DNA from: the human T2T-CHM13v2.0 reference genome, Homo sapiens
NCBI RefSeq assembly: GCF_009914755.1
Contig: NC_060933.1
Reading direction: 5' to 3' (one strand)
DNA: 64,000 nucleotides
The notes under the pieces are model-generated. The model worked only from the letters and a program-made list of their open reading frames with translations, was not told the DNA's origin and ran no database searches. Below, piece after piece: positions 29,670-43,859 of the stretch (positions are counted from its first letter, which is position 1; every line of letters begins with the position of its first letter). Both the position numbers and the translations under genes were made by a program.

Positions 29670-32496
29670 CTGAGTGGAAGAAACAAAACAGCCCACATCA
29701 GTGTGTGCAGCCAACAAACGGAGCAAGCTGATCAGCAGATATCACTGAAAAAACCCCTCATGATAATAATGGCTGCCGTGCATGTGCCAGACACCCCCAC
29801 CTGGCACTTTTCACGTGTCTTCTTGTTTAATTATCACAATAACCCTATGAGATGGGTATTGGTACTGTATCATCATTTTACAGAGGAGGAAATGAGGTTC
29901 AGAGAAATTCAAAGTAGCTTCTCCAACATCCCATAGCTGATAAGAGTCAGAGATAAGATTACAACCCAGATCTGTTTGACTCCAGCGCTCAAACTCATTC
30001 CACCATACATGCTGGCTGTCCCAAGAGCCCACGTACAGAGTTCTCTGCTTGGGATTCAGAATCTGACTCATAGTCTCTGACCTAAAAGGAACGTTTGAGA
30101 ATCTCAGTTATTACAGTATGTTCTCCAAGCCCACTCTTATACACTCTGCCTTGTGATACTGGGGATGGGACCCTGCACAGCCCATTTCTCCTTTGCCAGC
30201 TGCTCTCTTGAGGTGTTTTCTAGGGGTGGGGAGTCCTAAAGGGATACCTAAAGGAGGGAGATGCCATCGGCTACTTCCTGCCTGCTTCCCATTTAGGTCA
30301 GCATGGCCCCAGAAAGGTTTCTTCTTTAGAACTCCTATAGCAGTCTGTTGCCACAGCACAGGGATTCTGATTGCAGTTTTCTCAGCACCAGCCATGTTGT
30401 ACCACTCTCCTTCCCCCTCCCCAGAGGCATCAGGACCCACCTGAGCTAAGAGGTGCATCCCCTTCTCCAAGTTTCTGAGTTTTAATAGTCACAACTTCTT
30501 CACTCTGTTCCCAGCCCCTGCAGCTGTTTCCTCTGTGGCTCCTTTGTGCTCCCTGATTGCCTTTCCAGTTCTTTAATTCCTGGTTAATAATGAATTGTAT
30601 CAACTTCTCTTTTAAAACAATGGGCATGGCTTGTCTCCTGACTGGACTCCATTTTACACAAAGAATCATCGTCTGCTCTAATGCCTTTCAAATGAGGAGA
30701 CTGAGGCCCAGAGAAGTTAAGTGACATGCTTAAGCTTGCACGCTCAGTAAGAATATAAAATAATGTTGCTACGATTTGTCCTCTTAGAATGTGCTATAAC
30801 ACCATGAGGTACATACCACCATCCCTATCCCTACCCACACCCTCTTAGAATGTGCTATAACCCAGTTACCTATATACCATCATCTTAATAAAACAAATGC
30901 AGAAATTGAGGCTCAAACATCATGTGATTTCCCTAATGTCACCCCTTAATGAGTAATAGAGGTACAATTTGAACTGAATTAGCCTAACTGTGAAACCAGG
31001 GCTCTTAACCACTATTCCATACTCAGTGTGTTATCTCCCCATCCCTCTGGACTGGATAAATGTCTCTGCATCTTCAAGGGCTGGTGGAGCTCCTAGCTGT
31101 GGTTTCTCGCTCTCCTAGAACTGCTCACTCTTGAAGCTAGTAATCTTTTCTTAGCACTACTGGCACAGAATATAAAATCTAAATATTGTCCATCTACTAA
31201 CATTTCTTTAACCAAGTCCCCAAACCAAAGGGAAGAAAGCAGCTATCTTTTACATGATATTATTGTCTCCCAAGCTATCTGGGAATCTTCAGGATGATTA
31301 AAGTCCCTCTCATAGCCAGTTGCAATGACTCTAAGTCCTAGATGATTCACAGAAAAAAAAAAGGGGGATGGGGGTGGGGAGGACTACTTGGCAATTAGGA
31401 AGGAGTAGGATCACAGTTATGAAAGCTATAAATATCTTTCACATGTCTTCTGTAGACTGGGCTGCAAAATAAGAAAGTTCCAAAATCCTATTTATTAGTT
31501 ATCAAAAAGCACAAAGTTGCACTTCAAACATATCAATAAGTCTCTCTCTATTACCTCTTGACAGATAGAGCCCAATTAGGAGCTTCCAAGAAGCTGGGTT
31601 TGGAGTCCAGCTACTTCCTGACTGAGAGCTCTGCTGAACACTGCAGCCAGTTAATCACAGGAGGAGACTGGATGGCTCCCATGTCAGGCATGCTGCAGGG
31701 CCATGGCAGGAGGAAGAGCTGCTTGCTGTCTACTAATGAGTCAACCTGGATGCCCAGCGGGCTCTGCTGGGCTCAATGCCCTTGTTTGTAGGAAGTATCC
31801 TCAGGATTCATCTTAGTTGCAGCCCAGAATGGAGGTTAAGTCAGGAGCCATCAGAGAATGTAGGAGGCCTTACCACCATGCGAGGGTTGAGCCTACCTAC
31901 CAATCCAGGAGTAGAGAAAAAGACATCGGCCTTTTCAGGCATCCTGAGCTTTTGTGGGCAGCTCCGTTGAAGCTCTTGAAAGCTCTGCTGCTTTCATTTA
32001 GTAACTATTTATGGACTGCTAACTAGGTACCAGGCACTGACAGTATTACTCTGTTCAAGTCAATAAACATTTCCTGAGTATCTATATGTACAAGCACTTT
32101 ACCAGGAAGAAAGGACTTACACCTAAAAAAGGTGGCCTTCCAGACTCGTGTGACTTCCTGCTCATCTCAGCACCCTGGGTGTCACGGGTTTTCTCAGTGC
32201 CCCACAGCAGGAAGCAGTCCAATTTACTAGAAAGAGCAACAGACAAGGAGCCAAAGTTTATGTCTGGGCTCTGCCACTCACCCCCTGCACGATTTAGGCA
32301 AGTCACTGAACCATCCCACCTCAGTAGTTTCATGTGCAAAAAGCAATCTGACAGGCTAAGATCCAACAAGACAAATCTAAGGATGATTATTATTGAAATT
32401 TATGGGAGGAGGGAAAAGAAAACAGGTATTTCCACCCTATTTAATTTAAACGTTATATCAGACAAATGAAATTCCCTGTGACTATTAAGAAAGACT

Positions 32497-32838
<342 letters not shown>

Positions 32839-33465
32839 TCAGCCCCAGGAAAACGTGGCCATAGATAGATGGATAGGTTTATTTTCAGGGCTACTCCAGT
32901 TAATTTTTTTGGCATCCACCTCATTCAGTGCCCAAACACGAAATGCAGCTCCTACCCTCACCCCCTCCAGAATCACTGGATCCCAACCATGGGAGGGCCG
33001 GCGAGCCCATCTCATTCAGTCTTCTGCACCCACAGGACGCCCAGGCACCAACATCCCGGAAGAGGCCTTCCAGTCTTCACTTGAATACATTCAAAGGTGA
33101 GGTGCTCATTGTTTGGTAATATAACATTCCATTTTTCCCAGCTCTGATGAGTAGAAAACTTGAAATCCAAAACCATCCATTGGTCCTTGTCCAGCCCCCG
33201 TGATGCTACCTGAACTCATCTAACCAACCTTCTCCAAGGCAGCCTTTGACCCAGTCCCTCATTCTCCTCTCCTTTATAAGAACTCCTTTAAACAGCTTTG
33301 GGTTTCGGGGTGGGGTGGGGGGCGCATGCTGTTAATAGGACCCAACCCTGACATTACTTGTGTCCTATTAACAGAAATGAGTTCCTCCTCCTACTTATTC
33401 AGAAGTTGACATTAGGCATAAAAAGATAGGCATGACCTTTTCAGCCAGACCCTAGGGAACAGATT

Positions 33466-34227
33466 CTAAAAATATCTCTATGTCCGCAGGCATCATGGCC
33501 AGAGCCAACACTATGAATAACCCTCTATGCTCCCTGGAGACTCAGGAGACAAGAAGAGACCTGCAGGCCAGTTTGCATGTCAGGGTGCAGGGGGAGTCAT
33601 CGGCCAGGACTGGCCTTTGTGTTCTAACAGCTGAGGCATGGCCCAGGGCAATGAAGGCCCCATCCATCCCTGAGTCATGAGGTGGCCCAGAGGAGAAGAT
33701 GAGAGGATTAGGAGAATAGGGGCTTTGTTATTAGTATAATCGTAATAATTTCCCCCAATATTTGAGAATTATAAGCAAGGACTTGGACTCAAATTAACTT
33801 AGGATTAGACTCAAATAATATTGTAGTATATTGATTAAAATATCATATCTGGCTATACTAAGCCCAGGTCACTGGGTAGTAGAAGGGCTTAATCCCACAA
33901 GTTCTATCACTTAATAATAACAAGAATAACTAACATTTATTGAGCCAGTCACTGCTTTAGTTACAGCTTAGTTATAGTATCTCCACAACAACCCTATGAA
34001 GAAGTATATAATAACTCAGGGATGCACGGGATCTCCATTGCCCTGGGCCATGCCTCAGCTGTTAGAGGACCAAGGCCAGTCCTGGCCGATGACTCCCCCT
34101 GCACCCCCACGTGCAAACTGGCCTGCAGGTCCCTTCTTGTCACCTGTCTGAGTCTCCAGGGAGCAAAGAGGATTATTTATAGTGTTGGCTGTGGCCATGG
34201 TACCTGCGGACATAGAGATATTTTTAG
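33466..34227. repeat. Long inverted repeat: arms 33466-33675 and 34014-34227, 338-bp spacer
   Basis: Manual alignment gives ~19 mismatches and one 4-nt indel over ~210 bp (~90% identity). Confidence 0.95.
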
Positions 34228-34345
34228 TGTCTCCTCCTTCTCATTTTATAGATGAGGAAAGTGAAGCTGAGAGCAGGTGAGTAATTTGACTAAAGTCACA
34301 CAACAGTGACTGGGCCCATTAACTCAGAGCCTGAGCTCTTAACCG
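33915..34345 (-). mobile_element. MIR split by the right arm of the inverted repeat
   Basis: MIR sequence (…ACAACCCTATGA) stops at ~34010 and resumes at ~34240 (CATTTTATAGATGAGGAAAGTGAAG…). Confidence 0.75.
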
Positions 34346-34653
34346 AGAGGCAAAAACAGAGAAAGAATGAAGCCATCTTCCACAGCCGACAAGTTATTCA
34401 GATCAGACCAGGGTCTCTGTTTAAATGCCATCCACCACTACATGTCTGCTTCTCCTGAGAAGGAACCAGGACAGGCTCTCACAGATGTGGAGTCTCTAGA
34501 GGCCTCTGGTCCCAGCAACTCTGCTGCCTGCAATCTAGTCTCTCCCTCAGCTGCCTGGTGGTGTTATACCTGGATCCCCAGGCTCCCTGCCCCTGCTGCC
34601 ACCTGTGCCTGCCTGTCTGTGCATAGGCACTTGTTCCTCCAAGACTGGACTAA

Positions 34654-35115
<462 letters not shown>

Positions 35116-36102
35116 TAGTATCTGTGAAATCACAAGCTAATATACTGGTCAATTTTTTTCTAGTATGCATGAAAATGCACAACAATTAAAGGGTTTTATT
35201 TTTTTAATTTCCCATCAGTAGAACCTAAACCACTACTGGCACACACTGCCTTATCAGATGCACAAATCTCTTCTACAACACTGTAAATTGTGATCAATCA
35301 GCCATCCCTCCAAAACTCTAGTGAGGGGACTCACCACTTTCTGTTACCTAAACATTTCCTTCCCAGCTAGATGATCCAACAGCTCTGGAAGGGCACCAGG
35401 CAGGGCTAAAGAGACCAATGGGATAAACCATAATTTTTGCTTTTTTTTTTTTTTTTTTTTTTTTTTCCAGAAAGAACCTCATGAGGGAGAATGAGGCTTC
35501 AAAGTCAGAGGTAGCTAGAATTTCAGCTCCACTACTTTTTTTAAGTTCCTGAGCAAGTGCCAACTTCTCTGAGCCTGTTTCCTCATTTTCCAAGGGGATT
35601 ATAATACACACCTCAAAGAGTTGTGCTATGGGCGAGATCACATATGTAAAGTGTCTAGTACAGCTCTTGGCACACCACAATCACCCAATAAATATAAATT
35701 CCCTCCTTTTCCACAAGAATAGTAAAATAACCTGGCAATACTGACGAATGGCTTTCCTTGGTAAGAATCGTCCTGGCTAATCTCCTAGAAGCATTCCAAT
35801 CATTCACTGCTCTGCATATGAATTTGGGGCAGTATTTTTCTTCAAACTTGGCGGAGAGCCTGACTATCTTCCCAAACAGTGAGTGAGGACCTGATCATTC
35901 TGAAGATCAAGACAGATTTTCTACCTTAAACGGCAGAGCCCTCACTATTGGTTTTCTGAGGATAGCAGGTTTCCATGACCCCAAAGGGAAAGCTGGCCTG
36001 CCTTCAGGGGACACATTAAGCGGCAGGGTGCTAACCTGGGAGGGACCAACCCTGAGACTGGCTGGATGATTAAGCTGACAGAATTTCAGCAGAAAAGCAT
36101 CA

Positions 36103-36580
<478 letters not shown>

Positions 36581-37621
36581 TCACTCACTATTACGTGGCA
36601 TTAAGGAAATTTCCTGCTGAGCAGAGTGACCTTGACATGTGATTTCTTGTGCTTTTCTGGGTATATGCAGAGCATTATAAGAAGTAATGATTCCCAAAGA
36701 GCCCATCTAATCTGACAATTTTCATCAGCCTCCAAGGGGAGATTTTACCTTTTGCTCATTTCTCAAATTTTTTTTTTTAGTGTTACTATAAAAAAGAGAG
36801 GAAGAACAAGATCTATAACCTTTAATATGTCCTTGCAAAAGTTAGAGGTATGACATAAATGTTCTCTTTCACTCATCTTTGCCACCAGTCAGCATTTCTC
36901 AGCAGGTGGATCAAGTATACAACTGGTCGAACTTTCCTCTTTCTCTAAATCTTAAAGATACTCTCCAGGCATCAAATGTGAGTTTGGCAGAAAAACCATG
37001 GGTACTAGACTCTTAGACTACTGGGAACAAATAACATGAATCTCGGCTATTGGATCCTGACCACTCTAATCTCAACCAATTTTGAGTCCACATTTGGGAA
37101 CATGAGTTGTAAGGACCCTAGAAATAAAACTCTGATTCTGGTTATTTACAAACCTTGTTTGATATGAACAAAATCATTATCCACCTTTTACCCTAAAACA
37201 TCTTTTGTTTCTGATACTGAAACCACTAAAAAAAAAAAAAAAAAAAAAAAAAAGACTAAAATACAGTTTAAATGCTTTACAGTAAAAATTAATAAACTTC
37301 AGCACAAAATCAATACTTAATTATTCATCATTAGCTATAGTAAGACTACAAATAAGATGATAGTACTCGTTAGTAAAGCCAATTGCAATTGGTTTAATAA
37401 GGACCTCAATTAGAAAGTTGTATAAATGAAAAGACAAGAATTTGATAATTCAGTACAATTTTTAAAACATAACCCAACTATTTCAGGTTTATCAAAATCC
37501 TTAATTTTGATACATTGTACATTTCAGCTTCAACATAAAGACAAATATTTTGGGTTTTAGCCCTTTAAAAACTATTGCTGTGCTTCCTCTCTTCTCTGCT
37601 CCTGCCTCTCTGAAATCATTC

Positions 37622-37915
<294 letters not shown>

Positions 37916-38238
37916 TGAAATCATTCTTCCATTTTTTGATTTAAATTTTTTTTGTAAAGATGGGATCTCATTATGTTGACCAGGCTAGTCTCAAGCTCCT
38001 CGAGTGATCCTCCCACTTTAGCCTTCCAAAGTGCTGGAATTACTGGCCTGAGTTATGCCCAGTCTGGAACCATTCTTTATTAATCTTGGGAACTCCTCTC
38101 CATTCTTTTATTAAAATCTGCAAGGAACTATGTCTTCCTCACACACATACACACATTCACTCCACCCCCACAGTCAATGAGCTCTATTATCAATCCCAGG
38201 GAGAAAATGCCAAACCATGGGCTTTTTGTTTCAGAATA

Positions 38239-38871
38239 TGGTAGCCCCCCCTTATCTGCAGTTTTGCTTTCCAAGATTTCAGTTGCCCATGGTCAATCCT
38301 GGTCTGAAAATACTAAATGAAAATTTTCAGAAATAAACAATTCATAAGTTTTCAATTGCACACCATTCTGAATAGCGTGATGAAATCTCGTCCGTCCCAC
38401 TCAGTCCCGCCCGGGATGTGAATCCTCCCTTTGTCCAGCGTCTGCACACTGTAGACGCTCCCATTCGTCAGTTAGCAGCCAGATCCGTTATCAGATCAAC
38501 TGTCGTGGTATCGCAGTGCTGGTGTTCAAGGAACCCTTATTTTACTTAACAATGGGCCCAAAGCAAAAGAATAGTGATGCTGGCATATTGTTATAATTGT
38601 TCTATGTTATTATTATTGTTGTTAATCACTTACTGTGCCTAATTTATACATTAAACTTTATCAGAGGTATGCGTTAGAATGTTAAGAAGTTGTGCCATGG
38701 CATTTCGTCTGTATGTTTTGTTCTTTTAGCATACATTGCGCTCCTCCCTCCATTAGTCATTAAGGTCTTTGACATTAGATGTATAGGAAAAAAACAGTGT
38801 ACGGAGGGCTCGGTACTATCCTTGGTGTGGGGTCTTGGAAAGTATCCCCCACAGATGAAAGGGGACTACTG
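38239..38871 (+). mobile_element. MER44B-type (Tigger7-derived) MITE carrying a ~107-bp foreign insertion at 38672-38778
   Basis: TIRs GTAGCCCCCCCTTATC / GATGAAAGGGGACTACTG with typical MER44 internal sequence. Confidence 0.85.
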
Positions 38872-40275
38872 CATCCTATATAAGTTTTGGGGGGTAATTG
38901 GGCCTTTCTAATAATAGTTTCTAGAATAATGTTTTTTATTTTTTAGGAGAGTCAGCAAGAATGCTTTGATCTGCTTATAATTATTATTTACTGGTCTATT
39001 ATGTATTAAATGGGACTCTGTGCTTGATTGGACCATGAGTGATTATCCTTATCTGTATGACATAAGTGTCCACAAAGTTTCAAGTTACCAGCTTCGTTGG
39101 TAGTCACTGATATGGTTGTGTGTCTGGGTATTTTTTTCTTTTAGCATAGGCTGCACCCCTCTTCCCTATTAGTCATTAAGGTCTTTGACATCAGATACTC
39201 TGCCTTTTGTAAAATAAGATTAAAAAGTACAGAGGTCTATACATAGTGTGGCAGGAAATTCTCACTGGAGTTTACTGCATGGGGCAGAGATAAGATTGAG
39301 GCCATTTAGCTACAAATAGAATGCACTGCATGCCCCATTCCCTTCACTGAGGCTCTGGTAGAGGCAAAGAAGTCCCAGCTGTCAATTCTGAAATTCCCAG
39401 GTGCACCAATCCAGATTACTTTAACTATTATTAATTACTGGCACCTCACAACTCATTGCCCCACACCAGTGCATCTTAATAGCATGGCTGAGAACCATGG
39501 ATTTAACCTACGTGTTGAAGGTCGACCAAAGAATCCATTTGAAATCTAGAAATATCTACAGATCCAGATGCCAATGACCAAGCAAAAAAAAATTCCCAAA
39601 AAGCAGGACAGACAGTAATGGTCAAGTTCAGTGTGAACCTTTCCAAATCCAAGACTGGACCTGCACTCCTCTCCAGCCCAAGAGGAATTGGGGCCTGAGA
39701 TGGTCTTCTCTGATCAGAGCTAAAGTATAGTGGGAAGAGCAGTAGACTCAGAGACCAGAGAACTGAATTCAATCCAACCTCTGTCACCAACTCACCAAGA
39801 GGCAATGCTGAGTGGAGAGGTCGTGCAAAAAAAAAAAAAAAAAAAAAATGGACTTTGGAGCTAGACAGAACTGGGTTCAAATCCCAGCTCACTCAATTAC
39901 TCTTCTTGTAACCTAGGGCAAAGCACTCCAGCTTTTTGTGCCTCATTTTTCTCGCCTGTAAAAAAAAAGGATAACAACATTTACTTATCAGGGATTCGTT
40001 ATAAGAATTAAATGAGACATATGTAGGCACTCAATAAAGGTCAGTTGCTGCTGTGTGGCCTTGGACAAATCATTTAACATCTCTGCACCTCAGTTTCCTC
40101 TTTTGTAAAGTAACAGGAATGGGTTACATAATTTCTAGGACTCTTAACAACAGGGAATTCTGAAATCATATACCTCAGATCTGAGATCCTAGATGTCAGA
40201 TCTTAGCAGAGGATAATAAACATAAGGAATAAATAACTAAGGAAAATTTGGCACGAGGGGTTGATTAGATCTTTT

Positions 40276-40427
40276 CAGAACGGTTATGGCGAAAGCAATA
40301 CAGACCAAGCAGATTGGAAAGGCAGCCATCGCCCAGGCACTTACAGAAAGTAGACGTTCCCCAGGGAGCTGGGTACAGGGAGTAGCTCTGAGTCCCCTCA
40401 CACAGGCCATTTCCACAGACGGAATAA
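40276..40427 (-). pseudogene. GC pseudo-exon: membrane-proximal Cys motif plus transmembrane helix
   Basis: Reads YSVCGNGLCEGTQSYSLYPAPWG, then after a frameshift the hydrophobic LLSVSAWAMAAFPICLVCIAFAITVL. A long pyrimidine tract ends in CAT (dead acceptor); the donor position reads AAAAGA. Confidence 0.72.
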
Positions 40428-41059
40428 ATGGAGAGAAAGAAAAAGAACATTACACCCAAAAATATTTTAAGACCATAAAAGTAGACTCAATTAAAACAAA
40501 TGTTTTAATGGAGCAAAAAGCAAAATGGACTGACGCTTAATTTTGATGCTGGTTCTGTCATTAACTTGGTTTGCAGTTTTGCTTTGGCTACCAGGAACCT
40601 CACAGTCAAATTTATTGTTCATGTTTAGTAACCCTTTAGAAGTTCTTATAGCCTACATGTTATGACTGCAATTCCACTTGCCCCTTTCACTCAGCCATTA
40701 TACTTGATTTTCCATAATCACAGCTTTGTTTTTTTTTTTAGATTTTCCTATTTCATTGTATCTATTCTTGTAATCCACTTGAATTACTTTATGAAACAAG
40801 GCAGAATATAAATAAATAGAAATCATTTTGTGAGTCACTCAACTACTTTACATGTTCTTTTCCTGTGTTTAAAATAAGAGTTGGGGACTCTGTCCAACAT
40901 TCCTTTCAGCTCTAACCCTGTTGATTCTAGTGTTTCATTTCTGCACCTCAAAGGCCATAATATTAGGTGGTCTTTATAGAGCCTTGACTTAGTAAATATA
41001 GACAGCACTGGGCTCTCCAATACATTTTACTTGTTCCTTATACGTTTATTAGGAGTCAC

Positions 41060-41290
41060 TTATGCTCTGGAAGATTATTGTCAGTAGAACTAATGAATTT
41101 TAAATGACTCATTTTGAAGATTTCCTTCCATGCTATAACTACTAGTTGCTCCATTAGTATCCTTAGAATTGGAGCTATCACTCCAATTAACTCCAATATA
41201 ACACTTGAATAGGGCTGAATGTTTGTATAGAAACTATTAACTTGACTAACAGTTTGAAATGATCCCACTTTGATCTTTAGCAACCCTATG
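41060..41290 (-). pseudogene. Candidate GC ectodomain pseudo-exon
   Basis: Non-repeat sequence. Reads ...IQPYSSVILELIGVIAPILRIL... and ends in phase 2 at a GTGACT donor, compatible with the TM exon. The 5' boundary is not resolved. Confidence 0.35.
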
Positions 41291-43660
41291 TGATAAGTCA
41301 AGCTGGGGACACATCTGCATTTTGTAGATAAGGAAAGGGAAATACAAAGAGATTCAGTGACTTACTCAAAGTCACACAAGTAATAATCAGCACGAGGACT
41401 TCAAGTCTGATCTTCTGACTCTACTCCTTGGCCCTCTGCAACCTCCCAGCCTCAATAAAACACTGGGAGGGGATGCTTCCAGGTCACACACCTCCTGTGA
41501 CAGCCTCTTTGTTATGTTGCCCTGGAGAGCCACCTGCTCCAGTCCTATGGAGTGCCATAGAATTGTCTTATCCCTCTTTCACATACAGACCTTCTACTTT
41601 TTGAAAACAGTAATCCTGTACCCTTTAAATCTTTTATTCCTGAGCTAAACATCAGAGTCAAATTCCCTGAGAGCTATTTTATCTGTGAGGCACATGAAAC
41701 TCAGTGGCTAGGGTCCATTGCTTTTCAGGGGCCTATGGAAAAAAAAAAAAGGTTCCAAGATACAGATAACAAAATTGAAATTAATAGCCATTTAATTAAC
41801 TACCTGAAAAATGTAACATTATGTCAATGTCATTGTTAAATTTATTATTCATTTATAAATTTATTACAGGTGAGAACACTTGTAGATTAGATTCTCTTGT
41901 TTTGCAAGAATTCCTGAGTAGGCACACTGATTGATTTATGCCTACTCGGGAGAGTAGACACAGACAATTGTAAATTGAATAATCATGTATAGGCAAATAA
42001 CTTCAAAGGCAAAAATATAAAAATCCCTTCAACATTTTTATGGAAAATTTTACATTTAATTCAAGATGTGGGTGCATTTTAATTCGTTTGATCTAAGTGA
42101 TGATGCCTCCAAAAGAGTCTACATAAAGCTTAAAATGGTCCTGAGTCTTCCATGGCCTAAATTTCTCCATGTAGGCCAACATAACTTTTAGTAAAATTGC
42201 TCCTTGTGGCTTCACAGTTTATGTAATTTCTTCTAGTTGCTGAATTTAACCAGTAAATTGAACCCCATTTACATTTGTTTGGAAGAAAATGAAGTTTCTG
42301 GGAGCACTCTGGGTCCTGCCACAATTCCACCAACATGACCTATCATGTTGTCAGAAGCGTCCTCTCTCCACACCACACAAATCTAATCTCTTCCAGACAT
42401 GATGAGAAACTGCTGTAACTCTGGCAAAAGAGCCACTGAAGTCAGCCACATTGCCAAGGGCACGGTTTTAATTGCCTCAAGGAGCCCTGGGGTGCACGGG
42501 CAGCACCCTAAATATATTGTAGGTTAAAACCATCTTGCATCCAGACACAGACTGTTAATTCTGTTAAACTTCTTCTATTCAAGTGATATGCCAGGTATCG
42601 AAAATGGGCAATTCTTTAAAGGTGCAACGGCTCTGTGAGTGCTCCTTTCACAGGGCCTAACGTGAGACCATCTGGCACGAAGGCTTCATCTGTGATGCCC
42701 TCAGAAGTCACCAAGAGGAAAAGCTGGGAGGATCTGCTTGTGAATTCCTAGGGCCGGTAATGATGACAAACCTGCTTTCTAGAGGGCTGGGCCTATGGGT
42801 CTTGGCTTCAATCCCAGGCCTGCGGGAAGTCGTGGGGAGCTGGATGATTGAGGCAATAGTACTGATGGTCTCTGCCAAAGCCACAGCCAATTCTAGAACT
42901 GGCTTCCCTGCTGGGAAGATGAAAGCCTGAGTTTTATCTGGGTTCTAGGAGGACCTCCAGAGTTCCTCTTCCTTAGGCAGGAAACAAAGCAAGCTCTTAA
43001 AGGGGGCAGGGTAGGGAACATGGGGCTCTGCATCAAGGTGTGTGTAGAAAAAGCTGCTACCCAAAGCTACTCTGTTCTCAGAGGCTCAGCATCCTGAATG
43101 AGGATGCATTTGCCTCACAAAAGCCCTGTCTCAGTCAAGCCCTTTGGAGTCTATCCAAGGTGACCACCTGCCCTATCTTCTAAGTCTACTTGTTCCATCT
43201 CTGTGCTTCAAACCTGAGTTTGCCTCTGTCCCAGCCCTTCAGATTGATGTTCAGATCAGCTTGGGTCTAGTCTCTGGCTTCTCTGATGCTGTCTGCAGGC
43301 TTCCCTGTACTCCCAAAGCCAGTCCTGACTCCAAAACCCAGCCAGGCCTGCAGAGCTTCACCATCTCTGGTTGTCCAGGCAAAAACTCTGAATGCTGTAA
43401 TGCAGAGATCACTAGAGCTTCTATGTAGAGACTCAGCCAAGACCCTTGAAGAAGGGAGACAAGTTTGGCCATGAAACAATAAACCACCTTTAGAAACTCA
43501 ACAGCACTTATTGGGTGCCTGTGGAATGGTGCTAGGCACTGTGGGTACAGCAAGCTCTGCCTTCACAGAGCTTAGAGTCACCTTCAGACCCGCTGAACAG
43601 ACACTCCGCTTCCTTACCTTCTGCTGGTAGCATGGTGTTTAGGCTTCCAGGGCAGCTTAC

Positions 43661-43859
43661 CTCTTTCCAGTTCTGATATGGGCAATAAGAGAAGTCACAC
43701 CTGTGTGGACCAACACCACCGGGAATAGCAATAAAACAAGGGATCAGACAACCAAGGTACATTCCATCCCTTCCAGCTGATTCTTTCTAGTTTATGCATT
43801 GTTGCTCTGGGAACCCCAGGATCTATGGGTATCTTCAGCACAGATCCATGAAGTTGCAG
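43661..43859 (-). pseudogene. GC pseudo-exon: Cys-rich ectodomain
   Basis: CTCTACAG acceptor and GTAAGC donor, 199 nt. Reads CNFMDLC*RYP*ILGFPEQQCIN*KESAGRDGMYLGCLIPCFIAIPGGVGPHRCDFSYCPYQNWKE (7 Cys, 3 stops). Confidence 0.68.

Noticed and set aside
30780-30861. 21-bp direct repeat CCTCTTAGAATGTGCTATAAC at 61-bp spacing
   Set aside because: It is a single small local duplication between MIR fragments, with no array or functional signature.
35349-35405. Exon-like segment (…QSCWII*) as the missing post-TM exon
   Set aside because: Similarity is limited to a few residues and it lacks the expected basic juxtamembrane stretch.
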